A DNA stretch of 64,000 nt from Rhodothermales bacterium (lineage in GTDB: Bacteria > Bacteroidota > Rhodothermia > Rhodothermales > Bin80), in the NCBI GenBank assembly GCA_965203305.1, contig OZ241874.1:1968976-2032975 (forward strand), in the 5' to 3' direction. The notes under the pieces are model-generated. The model worked only from the letters and a program-made list of their open reading frames with translations. It made no database searches and was not told the DNA's origin. The translations under genes and the position numbers were made by a program. Below, one piece after another: positions 29,240-39,607 of this stretch. The stretch's first letter is position 1. The number at the start of each line of letters is the position of its first letter.

Positions 29240-30584
29240 TCAGGTTTGCGTGCGGAATCCCGAGCTTTGCGGAAGTTTTGCGTATATCCCAGTTACTCTC
29301 CTCAAGTTTTTCACGAAGAAAGATTCGCTCGGCATGATCACGAAACTCTTCCATGTTCCCATGTTTCTTGACAGCAGGTTCCGTCTGGTCTTTTTTGGAG
29401 AAGGCTGGCAGGACAAGACGGTCCACATCTGCGAGGGTAACGGATTTCTTTTCACTGAGGATCATGAGCCGCTCCACTACATTGCCGATTTCGCGAACAT
29501 TCCCTTTCCAGGGAAGTGTGGAGAGTTTTTTGATGGCCCCCTTGGTAAAGGTTTTCGGCCGCAGTCCGTTACGTTTGGAGAGTCTGGATGCAAAATGCTC
29601 CAGAAGGACGGGGACATCACCTTTTCGTTCTCTGACCGGAGGCATGGTCAGGGGAATTACGCTGAGTCTATGATACAGGTCCTCCCGAAAATCACCCTCC
29701 TCAATGGCCGTGCGCAGATCCTTGTTCGTTGCCGCAATCACACGGACATCTACACGGATGGTACGCTCCCCCCCTACCCGGGTAAGTTTGTTTTCCTGCA
29801 GTACTCTGAGCACCTTGGCCTGGGCAGACATGCTCATGTCTCCGATCTCGTCCAGAAAGAGTGTGCCCCCGTGAGCCTGTTCAAATTTTCCGATTCGCTG
29901 GCGATTCGCCCCGGTGAATGATCCCTTCTCGTGGCCGAAGAGCTCGCTTTCAATGAGTTCGGTCGGAATTGCGGCGCAGTTGACTTCAACGATGGGTCCC
30001 TCCGTTCGCAGGCTCTGCGCATGAATCCAGCGAGCGGCCAGCTCCTTGCCCGTCCCGGGCTCCCCTGTAATAAGCACTCTTGCTTCCGTCGGGGCAACAC
30101 GTTCAATGAGTTCTTTCACATCCTGCATTGTACGGCTTTCCCCAAGCATCGGTGTCAGGGCACTGCCCTGCTGCTGTTTCAGTGTCTGTTTCAGGCGCCG
30201 GTTTTCGACAACAAGCTTCCCCCGCTCCAGGGCAGAGCGAACAGTGACCAGAAGATGCTGCAGATCTGGCGGCTTTTCAATAAAATGGAATGCTCCCGAC
30301 TGGGTAGCCTCTACAGCCGTTTTAATATCGGCATGACCGCTGATCATGATAACGGGCAGTTCTGGCCATGTCTCTACACAAGTAGCCAGAACCTGAAGCC
30401 CGTCCTGTTTCGGCATCTTGATGTCCAGAAGAACGACATCAAAGGTCCGCTTTTTGAGTTTCTCTATGGCCTCATTGCCATCGCCTGCCTCATCAACTTC
30501 AAGATCCTCATACTCCAGAATCTCCCGAAGAGTCCTTCGAATGCTTACTTCATCATCAACGACCAGCACGCGAGGAGCGGACAT
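29199..30584 (-). CDS. Sigma-54-dependent response regulator (NtrC family)
   Basis: 461 aa. Receiver domain (VVLLDIKMP); AAA+ sigma-54 interaction domain (GEPGTGKE, ESELFGHEKGSFTGA); C-terminal HTH. Confidence 0.85.
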   Translation of the reverse strand: MSAPRVLVVDDEVSIRRTLREILEYEDLEVDEAGDGNEAIEKLKKRTFDVVLLDIKMPKQDGLQVLATCVETWPELPVIMISGHADIKTAVEATQSGAFHFIEKPPDLQHLLVTVRSALERGKLVVENRRLKQTLKQQQGSALTPMLGESRTMQDVKELIERVAPTEARVLITGEPGTGKELAARWIHAQSLRTEGPIVEVNCAAIPTELIESELFGHEKGSFTGANRQRIGKFEQAHGGTLFLDEIGDMSMSAQAKVLRVLQENKLTRVGGERTIRVDVRVIAATNKDLRTAIEEGDFREDLYHRLSVIPLTMPPVRERKGDVPVLLEHFASRLSKRNGLRPKTFTKGAIKKLSTLPWKGNVREIGNVVERLMILSEKKSVTLADVDRLVLPAFSKKDQTEPAVKKHGNMEEFRDHAERIFLREKLEESNWDIRKTSAKLGIPHANLSARIKHHKLERDV

Positions 30585-30592
30585 CTGCTCAG

Positions 30593-31294
30593 CTATTTGA
30601 GAGCGAGGACCTGCCCCAGCATATAGTTGAACTCGTCAATCAGACTCGTTTCCGGGTAGTCCTCCTTCGCTTCCTTGATCACATTCTCTGCAGCATCCAG
30701 ATCGCCGGACTCCAGGTAGCCACGCGCGGCAGAGCGCAAATAATATGGGGCACGTACCGGATTCTCATCCATGTCTGCTGCGCGCCGGAACAGATCCGCT
30801 GCCAGTGAGAAATCCCCCTGCAATTCATGAATGGCAGCACGACCGGCGGTTGCACTGGCACCAAGAAAATCGTTTTTTGCGCTGAAGCTCTCAAACTGCT
30901 CCAGTGCCAAGTCATACTCTTTCAGTTCAAAGTATGCATTCCCAGCATAAAACCGTGCTGTATTGCCCGCGGGAGTGCTTCCGTAGCGATCCACAATGTC
31001 CAGGAGTCCCAGTGTTTCCCCGCTGCCATCCAGAGCAACCCGATACTCATCCCGTTCATACTCAAGGATGATCGCCCCCAGGAGCTCCTGCGCCTGGGAA
31101 TCACGCTCTCCCTGGATATAGTTGTATCCGAAAACACCTGCAATTACCAGGATGATTCCGACAGCCAGCCCTGTCAGGATACGCCTGTTGCCGTAATAGA
31201 GTGCCAGGAGAGGAGCGTACCAGCTTCTGCGTGATTCCGCCCGCTGACTCCCTCTTTGCCTGATAGCTCCTGTGGGAGCCTTCATTTTTGCCAT
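30593..31294 (-). CDS. TPR-repeat membrane protein (YfgM-like)
   Basis: 233 aa. One TM segment (ILTGLAVGIILVIAGVFGY) followed by TPR-like repeats. Confidence 0.55.
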   Translation of the reverse strand: MAKMKAPTGAIRQRGSQRAESRRSWYAPLLALYYGNRRILTGLAVGIILVIAGVFGYNYIQGERDSQAQELLGAIILEYERDEYRVALDGSGETLGLLDIVDRYGSTPAGNTARFYAGNAYFELKEYDLALEQFESFSAKNDFLGASATAGRAAIHELQGDFSLAADLFRRAADMDENPVRAPYYLRSAARGYLESGDLDAAENVIKEAKEDYPETSLIDEFNYMLGQVLALK

Positions 31295-31508
31295 TTGCCA
31301 GTTTTTGTGTTCGTTCAGTCTTCTGACAGATCAAAGACCTGCTCAACAGGATCATCTCCCGTACTCGTTCGTTGTACCCGCTTCCGTGAAGAATGCTCAC
31401 TCTCTGAATCCTTTGTTATCCAGTTCCCGAAATTCTGGAGAACAGGGAAGAAAGTGCGAAATTCTTCGTCCATCTACACAAACCAGAAACTTCAACAATC
31501 AATCCAGA

Positions 31509-32519
31509 ATGGCTTACAAACTTGCTATCAATGGCTTTGGTCGTATTGGCCGCCTCACACTGCGTTCAATCCTGGAGCGCAACCTTGACAATTTCAAGAT
31601 CGTTGCCGTCAACGACCTTACAGATGCTGCTACACTAGCGCACCTGTTCAAGTATGATTCCGTGCACGGAACATGGCCGGGGAATGTATCCACAGAGGAT
31701 GGCCACCTGTACATTGACAGCCTCAAGATTCCCGTTTTGAGCGAACGTGATCCGGCGAATTTGCCATGGAATGCTCTCGGTTGCGATGTTGTCATTGAGT
31801 CAACAGGATTTTTCAGGAACCGCGCCGGGGCCGGAAAACATCTTGCGGCAGGTGCCCGGAAAGTTGTCATTTCTGCGCCTGCAAAAGATCAGGTTGATGC
31901 CACTGTAGTACTTGGGGTGAACGAACATGTCCTGACGGGACAAGAGGAGATTATCTCTAATGCCAGTTGTACCACGAACTGTATTGCTCCCATGATCAAG
32001 GTGGTTGATGATGCATTTGGAATCCAGAGCGGTCTGATGACCACGGTCCATGCCTATACCAGCGACCAGCGGATTCAGGATGCTCCCCATAGTGACCTGA
32101 GACGTGCGCGGGCGGCTGCATATTCTATTATCCCCACTACAACGGGGGCTGCAAAAGCTGTCGGGCTGGTTCTGCCGCACATGAAAGGCAAACTGGACGG
32201 AATGGCCATGCGAGTGCCAATTCCCAATGGTTCGCTGACAGATCTTACTGTTCAGGTAAATGCCACTCCCAGCAAAGAGGAAGTCAACAGTGCGTTTCAA
32301 ACTGCTGGCAACGGATCCCTGAAAGGCATCCTGGAATTCTGTACAGATCCTATCGTGTCTATTGACATCGTTCACAATGCCCATTCTGTAATCTTTGACA
32401 GTCTGGCAACGATGGTGCAGGGAAACACGGTCAAGGTTCTGGGCTGGTACGATAATGAATGGGGATATTCAAACCGTGTTGCTGATATTGCTGCCCTGCT
32501 GATGCAAAAGGCCGGATAG
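31509..32519 (+). CDS. gap: Glyceraldehyde-3-phosphate dehydrogenase, type I
   Basis: Start taken at MAYKLAINGFGRIGRL inside ORF 31272-32519. Catalytic SCTTNC. Followed by pgk. Confidence 0.9.
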   Translation: MAYKLAINGFGRIGRLTLRSILERNLDNFKIVAVNDLTDAATLAHLFKYDSVHGTWPGNVSTEDGHLYIDSLKIPVLSERDPANLPWNALGCDVVIESTGFFRNRAGAGKHLAAGARKVVISAPAKDQVDATVVLGVNEHVLTGQEEIISNASCTTNCIAPMIKVVDDAFGIQSGLMTTVHAYTSDQRIQDAPHSDLRRARAAAYSIIPTTTGAAKAVGLVLPHMKGKLDGMAMRVPIPNGSLTDLTVQVNATPSKEEVNSAFQTAGNGSLKGILEFCTDPIVSIDIVHNAHSVIFDSLATMVQGNTVKVLGWYDNEWGYSNRVADIAALLMQKAG

Positions 32520-32530
32520 GCCCAAAGCAT

Positions 32531-33733
32531 ATGCCTAAATTAGCTCTGAATGATCTGGATCTGCACGGAAAGTGTGTCCTTGTGCGTGTAGATTTTAATG
32601 TTCCGTTACACGTATCTGGAGATTCTGATCGCTACGAAGTTGCTGACGATACCCGCATTCGTGCGGCTTTGCCAACCATCAAAACGATCCTGAAAGCGGG
32701 CGGAAAAGCTGTACTTATCAGCCATCTGGGCCGCCCGAAAGGGCAACCTGAACAAAGGTACAGCTTAGCTCCGGTCGCGGATCGTCTGGGAGAGATTCTG
32801 GGCATGCGTGTACGATTCTCAAGTGAGACGATTGGCAGCATCATTGAGAAGACTATCCGTACCATGCCAAATGGCAGTCTGATCCTCCTTGAGAATACCC
32901 GATTCTTTCCCGGAGAAACGGCAAATGATCCGGCCTTTGCTTCGGAACTGGCCAAGCTAGGGGATCTGTTCGTAAATGATGCCTTCGGCACGGCACACCG
33001 GGCCCATGCTTCCAATGTGGGGGTTGCCAGCCACTTCTCGCAAGCTGCGGCAGGATGCCTGCTGGAAGAGGAATTAATACAGCTTGGCAACGCACTTGAG
33101 GCTCCGTCCCTTCCTGCTGTTGCACTCCTTGGAGGAGCAAAAGTATCCGACAAGATGGGAGTGATCACCAATCTGCTGGGAATCGCAGACCATATCCTGA
33201 TCGGTGGAGCAATGGCGTACACATTTCTGAAGGCGAAGGGAATTCCTGTTGGAGACTCACTGGTAGAAGAAGACCGCCTGGATGAGGCAGGCAAAATACT
33301 GGACGAAGCTGCTGGAAAACTTCACCTGCCCGCTGACCATATTGTCAGCACCTCTCTTGATGCACCGGAAGCATGCGAGACGGTCACTGGAGGAATTGGA
33401 TCGGGGCTTATGGGACTGGACATTGGCCCGGCAACCGTTACCGAGTATACGAATTTGGTGCTGGGAGCAAATACCTGCATCTGGAATGGTCCGATGGGAG
33501 TGTTTGAGATCCCTGCATATGCCTCTGGTACAAACGCTATGGCACAGGCTATGGCTTCCGCAACGGGTCAGGGTGCAGTCACGATCATTGGTGGAGGAGA
33601 TTCCGTCGCAGCGATCAAACAGGCGAATTTGCATGAGAGAGTGACGCATGTATCCACCGGGGGTGGTGCCATGCTAAAGTTTCTGGAAGGGGCAAATCTT
33701 CCTGGACTGGATGCACTGACGGATCAACCGTAG
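32531..33733 (+). CDS. pgk: Phosphoglycerate kinase
   Basis: 400 aa. VRVDFNVP, AHRAHAS, IIGGGDSVAA motifs. Confidence 0.9.
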   Translation: MPKLALNDLDLHGKCVLVRVDFNVPLHVSGDSDRYEVADDTRIRAALPTIKTILKAGGKAVLISHLGRPKGQPEQRYSLAPVADRLGEILGMRVRFSSETIGSIIEKTIRTMPNGSLILLENTRFFPGETANDPAFASELAKLGDLFVNDAFGTAHRAHASNVGVASHFSQAAAGCLLEEELIQLGNALEAPSLPAVALLGGAKVSDKMGVITNLLGIADHILIGGAMAYTFLKAKGIPVGDSLVEEDRLDEAGKILDEAAGKLHLPADHIVSTSLDAPEACETVTGGIGSGLMGLDIGPATVTEYTNLVLGANTCIWNGPMGVFEIPAYASGTNAMAQAMASATGQGAVTIIGGGDSVAAIKQANLHERVTHVSTGGGAMLKFLEGANLPGLDALTDQP

Positions 33734-34124
33734 CCCTGGTTCCGCTCTGCAGCAGACTTTCTCTCCTGTCGTATTTCCGTGTAGTACTTCTCTGATGGAA
33801 TGGCAACTCATCTGCATGTACATTAGCGGACGGAGTGAGCTTCATCCGATTCACACAGTGTGCCCCGTCTGAATGGAGCTTTCCGAAGATGAGTTTTCAG
33901 TCAGACAGTACAGATATACCCACGAAGGCAGTGAATCTCCATAAGTCTATTGACTTTGGCTTCATGGATGTCTTGACTTCGACGGTTAATTTGCGCACAG
34001 AGGCATTGGAGGGCGATTTTCACGAAAACTGAACACTACAATTCAGAGATCGAAAAACCCTGTCCGTAACGCACGGAAATACAAGTTTCTACCGAAATGT
34101 CAAACCAAAACCGTCGAAGTCACC

Positions 34125-34976
34125 ATGAGTGAGCATACATTTGACATCAACGAAATTGGAGCAACCGCCTTTGTAATTGCATCCATCCGGGCCATGGAAT
34201 CTGAAAAAACGGAGCCACTCTTCCATGACCCCTATTCAGGATGGTTTTCCAATGAATGGGCCCAAGAAGCAGCTCGTAAAATGGACGCGGCTTTTCCGCC
34301 TGCAACGACCATGATCCGCTTCCGCACCTGCTACTTTGATCATATAGTTGAACACGGTATTGCAAACGGAATCAGACAGTTCGTACTGCTTGGTGGAGGC
34401 TTTGACATGCGGGCACACCGGTTCAGAGATTCAAGTGTTAATTTCTTTGAGGTAGACCAAAAAGCTGTCCTGGACTACAAATGTTCTATTTTTGAACGAA
34501 ACGGATTTTCTCGGCAGCCTTCTGTCCCGGGCAATTACCTCGAAATTGATGTCCCCGCAGAGCTTGCCAGCCTTGGTCTGAAGCTTGACGCACCTACTTC
34601 AATTCTGTGGGAGGGAAACACGATGTACTTGCTACCTGAGAGTATTATCCGTTTTCTGAACCGGTTGGAAAGCAGGATGCCCGCATTCCAGATTGCCTTC
34701 GACTATTTCGCAATGGATCTGCAGAACAGAGAATTGAATAGCGGGGAAGACTTAAAAAGAATTGAGGGAGTAGAGAACGCGCTTGGTGTATCTTTCACGG
34801 CGGGGTTCCCGGACCTGTCAGTCTTTGAGAAAGAGACTCCGCTCCAAATTGTCGAATCCAACTCGGTCGTAGATCTTGCCGAGAAGTATGGACAAGGGCA
34901 TGCGGTAGCAACCTATCCAGAAGACTGGCAAAAAACTCTTAGTCTGTATCGTTACTGCGTATTGAAGAGAAACTAG
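34125..34976 (+). CDS. Class I SAM-dependent methyltransferase (TIGR00027/LCM-like)
   Basis: 283 aa. FVLLGGGFDMRAHRF resembles the LGAGLDTR SAM-binding motif of that family. Confidence 0.6.
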   Translation: MSEHTFDINEIGATAFVIASIRAMESEKTEPLFHDPYSGWFSNEWAQEAARKMDAAFPPATTMIRFRTCYFDHIVEHGIANGIRQFVLLGGGFDMRAHRFRDSSVNFFEVDQKAVLDYKCSIFERNGFSRQPSVPGNYLEIDVPAELASLGLKLDAPTSILWEGNTMYLLPESIIRFLNRLESRMPAFQIAFDYFAMDLQNRELNSGEDLKRIEGVENALGVSFTAGFPDLSVFEKETPLQIVESNSVVDLAEKYGQGHAVATYPEDWQKTLSLYRYCVLKRN

Positions 34977-35199
34977 GGAGTGTCTGTAATATCCGACCAT
35001 CTGGAAGCGAAACCCTGCGAGTATGAAAAAACCGATAAATGCTGGACATACAATGGCTCTTCAGCGAATGATTTTGAGTGATATGCGTGCTCTGAGAAGA
35101 GGGGGAATCAGCCCCTTCTTCGCCCTTGATTTGATGGTCATCTGGTGTACCATTACCTCTGCGTTTGAAATGACCTTCAACATAGGAAACCAGTCAGTA

Positions 35200-35297
35200 G
35201 AGCCTCTTGCGAAAATCCCGGATGATAGAGAAATACTGCTCTGAGATTGCTTAAAGGCGCATCGGGGCAGGTGTACAGATGCTTTTGCAAGAGCCTC
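35200..35297 (+). repeat. ~100-bp unit of the GAGCCTCTTGCAAAA-bounded repeat family
   Basis: GAGCCTCTTGCGAAAATCCCGGATGATAGAGAAATACTGCTC...CTTTTGCAAGAGCCTC. The ends can pair at 13 of 16 positions. Confidence 0.55.
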
Positions 35298-35333
35298 AGC
35301 ATACGTTAAGAGACATGAATCCAAGAGTACGCC

Positions 35334-35809
35334 TCATTGTCCAAGCACTGCCCTCAGACTGTCCCCACACCTCATCATCCTAATAGTTTCTCTACACTCA
35401 TGGAATCCGATCCTGTTACGCCTCAGTTTCTTGAGCTGGTGTTTGTTTCGTTTGCCGCAGACTACAACAGGCTTGAACTGGAATCCTTGTGCTTCGCTTG
35501 AAAAGATGAACTTCTCAGCAACAGAAGCACCTGCCTGAAATTGCTGAATGACCTTACTTGCGTCCAACCTCTACGCTTCAGTTCAATGACCACCCAGCCG
35601 CTCATATCCTTACTTTTTCCTCTAGTAACCAGAAGGTAGTCACAGCGCGTCATGTCTGTTGCCAATGGCGAGCCGGACCTGTCAAAATCAACAACAATAC
35701 GATCAGATACGCCAGCCATCACCACTTTACATCCGTCCTTGTTCAGCCCGCCACTTACCAGACATGCCTCATCAAACCTTTGGCTGATGTCATCCAATGA
35801 TTCCATCAC
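35334..35809 (-). pseudogene. Small PD-(D/E)xK-like protein, frameshifted
   Basis: ORF 35462-35809 carries CDYLLV...VVIELKRRG (D...ExK pattern). The sequence continues in another frame as ORF 35334-35567 (DASKVIQQFQAGA...). The GTG start overlaps the ATPase stop (GTGA). Confidence 0.45.
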
Positions 35810-37371
35810 GAGTTGTTCTCAATGAGGCTTGTGATGTCAGCTGAATCGTTGTGCAGAGCATATGCAACATCATCAAAGCCAGAGGAATACAGGTTGGAAT
35901 CATCAAGGTACACCTCTTTTACAACTGTACCCTCAAGGTACTTCTCCGGTTCAAACAGCCATACACCTACTTGACCAGTATCCAGGGCTATCTCGCCGCT
36001 ACCGTTGTACCGAACTTTGGGATGTGATCGACGCACTATGTTGGCTAATTCTTCCAGCAACCATTCGCTGTGCGTGGTGACGATTACCCGAACACCGATC
36101 TTGATGAGTGCGGCAATTTCACGTATGAATTTGACCTGCATTGCCGGATGCAGATGAGATTCTGGTTCTTCCATAATCAAGACATTGCCTGGCTTAATCA
36201 CATGACGGAGATACAATACCACGGGTGCGAGCTCCGAAACCATGGAAGACGCGTTTGCCAGCGTGAGATCTTCTTCCCAGCCGCGTGGCCGATACGTGAA
36301 ATTCGGATAGTTGGCTGGTCGCGTGATGCGAATCGCTCCGTCAAGAATATTATCTTCAATGCTTCTGCCAAGATCCTGTTTGCCCTTCCGAATTGGCTCA
36401 AATCCAACTAACTGTTCGAGGAAATCTGCCAGCACCCCAGAAAGCATTGGCGTGTTAGCGGCAGGGATAATGCCCGCAGCCGATGCGCTCGCAATCAAAG
36501 CGTTGACCACCACACTGTGCGCATGCATGACACCGGTCCGGTCTGCGGGCAGGTAATAGGCGGGCGAGTGCAGGGTGCCAAACAGCGATGGTATCAGTAC
36601 ATTGCCAAGCGATGACAAAAGATCTTGGATCGCGAACAGGCGATATTCTATATCCTGATCTTTCTGGAAGAGATATAGCATGCGTTCAAGCCACTTTTCT
36701 TTCCTTCTGTCCCCGGCTCTGGGGTCAATCGGAATTGGTATCTTCTCCGGGATCATAGTTTCAAAAGCGGGGATCTCACTGAGCGAAACCGTGTGATTAA
36801 CAAAATATGGAGGATCCCCGACAGATTGCCGCATCACGAGACACGACTCCCTCACCGCCTAGTTCCTGCGAACCAGTCTGTCAATTTCGTCAACCCCGAA
36901 GCATCTGACGATTTCATGGGATAATGTATCCATCTGTTGACTAAATCCAGAGCGAAGTCTGTCAGCGAATGGAGGGGGCAGGACAATGCTGCCTTGATTT
37001 GGCGGTGAAGAATTGATCTCAATAGCATTTATTGAGCCTGACAGGGTGTTAATTTTCTCTTCGGAGATATCGCCGAACCCCCGCTCCAGTCGGGACCGCC
37101 ATCCTCCAAAAGAATGTCTCTTACCAGAGTATGTACCGTCGTTGAAAAAACGATGTAACGCATAGATCAGGATCGCCAGATAGGACTTCCCCGTATTGCT
37201 GGCCCCCACGAACACCATGAGTGGCCTCAGATCAACTTCTGCCTTGGCAATTGGTCCGAAATCCGTCACCTCAAGTTTCAGGTCTTTCTTTTCAGTCCGC
37301 TCATCAGTCTTTTTGTATTGGGCTGTCGCAGGCATGACATTAAGGTTGTTTCGGACCGTCGTTCGTGACAT
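35806..37371 (-). pseudogene. ABC-type (AAA_15/AAA_21-like) ATPase interrupted by one in-frame TAG
   Basis: ORF 36859-37371 has Walker A VFVGASNTGKSYL. ORF 35806-36855 has YYLPADRTG, Walker B VLIMEEPESHLHP and TTHS. The two ORFs share one frame, separated only by TAG at 36859-36861. Confidence 0.7.
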
Positions 37372-37744
37372 GTCGCAATTTACTGTTTTGTACTTGCTTC
37401 AAGGCAGAGCCTGCAGATCAGGAAATTGATTCGTACTCCGAATCCGTTGAACTACTTGCAGAACTTTTCCTGCACCCCATACACAGCGTCTGTAAGCACC
37501 TTCCAGTCAGCAATTTCTTTGCATTTGTAAGTTCTGCAGTAGGCTCTTTTCGTACTGATGTTGCACTCGTAAGGTGGCTGCCTGATTCATCAGAGAAAGT
37601 TTTTTGTATAGAGATTCCCCCGACAGACAGTGCAATGAGCAGATGCTTGCAAGAAACATCCACAACTTGTATGATGTCCCATGCTCATTCTTACAGAAGG
37701 TGCGTTCAGCAGGGAAGAATCTTTCAACATCCTGACTTTGGCTT

Positions 37745-37922
37745 CCTGGATGTCTTGTCAGCAATGAACACAGAATCCAATTAACCGGAGAGTCCATGCG
37801 CAAGGTCAAAGGAGAACAAGAATTACAGACCCAAGTGTCCGAATCATGAAGACCATTGAAAACATACCGAACAGATGGCCAAATAAGATTGGATTCACCG
37901 GCCCAATTGATTGAAATAGGCA
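37745..37922 (+). mobile_element. IS21-family right-end remnant (degenerate istB 3' fragment plus terminus)
   Basis: ...[22 protein letters not shown]-stop, then ~75 nt matching the reverse complement of 20639-20715 and ending ...AATAGGCA at 37922. Confidence 0.6.
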
Positions 37923-38237
37923 CTTCCGAAACCATCCCGATTCAGGGAGTATCTGACTTGTGTCTGGCAGCATCTCGGGGTTACAGACTGAGAAGTCAGG
38001 AGTAAGGCTGGAACACTGTAAACCGCAAGGATGGGGGCCATTTCCACTCACCGTAAAGATTTGGAAATTATCCAGCAAAATCCGCATGAAGGCAGGGAGA
38101 GAGTGTTATCTCTCTATCCCCGTATCTGCGTCCCGATCACTGTCGGAAGGGTCTCTGCCCTGTGGAGGTTCCTGACCAGGATTGCCTTTTCCCTCCCCTT
38201 TTTCTGGGGAGGGACTGTCTGGAGTATGGTTTTCCGG

Positions 38238-39440
38238 CTACTCCTCGGGATCCGCCTCGGGTAACTGTCTCGGCTCCCCCTGATCCTTGGACTCCGGATG
38301 TTGCTCCGAAATCTCTTTCGGGGGAAAATTCCTTACAATGAAATTTCGCAAAGACGGGATCGGAACGGAATAACATCGTAGTTTCTTATTAAGGTAAAAG
38401 ACTCCCTTGCGTACCGCCCGCCAGAAGATTTCTTCCCCTTTCCCCATCCCATACTCTCTGTCCAGCTGTTCTATAACATCTTCCTGCTCTACAATGCCCT
38501 CCTTAGAACTTGCTGCCAGGATTCTGGCAAGGCTTCGGCACTCTTTTGCAGTGAAGTCACTCAAACGACCTTCATAGTATTCTCTGCGGTTTTTCCTCCC
38601 CTGTTCCAGGACAGACAGAAGCTCTCCCCTGGTCATCTCCCCATCGTTTTCCTTGAGATGGGCCGCAGCTGGGACCGTGTATGCGATAATGTGCTGGGGC
38701 CACCGGTAGGTCTCTTTGGCAATCGCATCCACCCAATCCGTCGTGTCTCCCTTCGCCTTCCCCTCTTCTTTGAGCCACTCTCTGATCACCGTCCACTCTT
38801 CCTCTTCTTCCAGTGGATCCAGGTTCGTGATGGATCCTAAGGAGGCACGATAGATTCCCAGACTGTTCAATGCCCTGTCTGTCGTGCCCAATCCGCCAGC
38901 TAACAGGATGACAGGCTTCCCCAGCCCGCTGTTATGAATCCGCTTCAGGAGATCTCGGACATCGTCTTTGTATCCTCCGGTTATCCTGCTGTCTTCGCCC
39001 AAATGCTGGGCCTCGTCAAGAATAAGCAGAAGGGGGGTGTCACCTATCTTGAGTATGTCTTGTGGGGTGCGGGGGTGGTGATCAACCGTGATTTTTGCTT
39101 TGCCCTTCGCAACCAGAAATTTCGTTATCCCTGCTTCACCTTCCCCGCCTGTAACCCTGATTTCGGGGCCGATCTCAAGTGTTTTCCGCAACTTGTCTGG
39201 ATCCCACAGATCTCTCGGGTCAATCTCTGCCACTTCCCACTCCTGCTCCTCTGCTATATCCCAGCATTTTGCCAGCAGAGCGGTTTTCCCCACGCCAGGA
39301 GGCCCCTGTACCAAAAATATAGTTCCGCCTTTGGATTCGCTGAACTCCTCAAGTGCCTCCCGGAACTTCGAGAGGATCGTTTCGCGTCCGCGAAAGTGTT
39401 TAGCTGCTCCTCTGTCTCGAAAGCCTTTAATCTTGCTCAT
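38238..39440 (-). CDS. ORC/Cdc6-like AAA+ ATPase, cassette copy 4 (C-terminal tail cut by in-frame TAG)
   Basis: 400 aa. FLVQGPPGVGKTALL, LLLILDEAQHLG. After TAG (38238-38240), 43 more in-frame codons reach the family-typical ...DADTGIER-TAA at 38106-38108. Confidence 0.8.
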   Translation of the reverse strand: MSKIKGFRDRGAAKHFRGRETILSKFREALEEFSESKGGTIFLVQGPPGVGKTALLAKCWDIAEEQEWEVAEIDPRDLWDPDKLRKTLEIGPEIRVTGGEGEAGITKFLVAKGKAKITVDHHPRTPQDILKIGDTPLLLILDEAQHLGEDSRITGGYKDDVRDLLKRIHNSGLGKPVILLAGGLGTTDRALNSLGIYRASLGSITNLDPLEEEEEWTVIREWLKEEGKAKGDTTDWVDAIAKETYRWPQHIIAYTVPAAAHLKENDGEMTRGELLSVLEQGRKNRREYYEGRLSDFTAKECRSLARILAASSKEGIVEQEDVIEQLDREYGMGKGEEIFWRAVRKGVFYLNKKLRCYSVPIPSLRNFIVRNFPPKEISEQHPESKDQGEPRQLPEADPEE

Positions 39441-39607
39441 CGTTTCTTCTGGAAGTGGTTTGTCCTAGTCGGGAAGTTTTGTACAGAACATGGTGAGGAC
39501 AGGATAGCGTTGGCAGAACCTTTGGGCTTGGACACCCAGACACTGCTTCAGGTTCCCTCTATTAGGAAATTATCCAGCAAAATCTGCATGAAGGCAGGGA
39601 GAGAGTA

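Noticed and set aside
25748-38240. Genome-wide reassignment of TAG to a sense codon (e.g. Gln)
   Set aside because: TAG terminates hsdR, hsdM, nadA, gap, pgk and the HEPN gene 14363-14803 at the expected protein lengths. TAG is therefore a normal stop in this genome.
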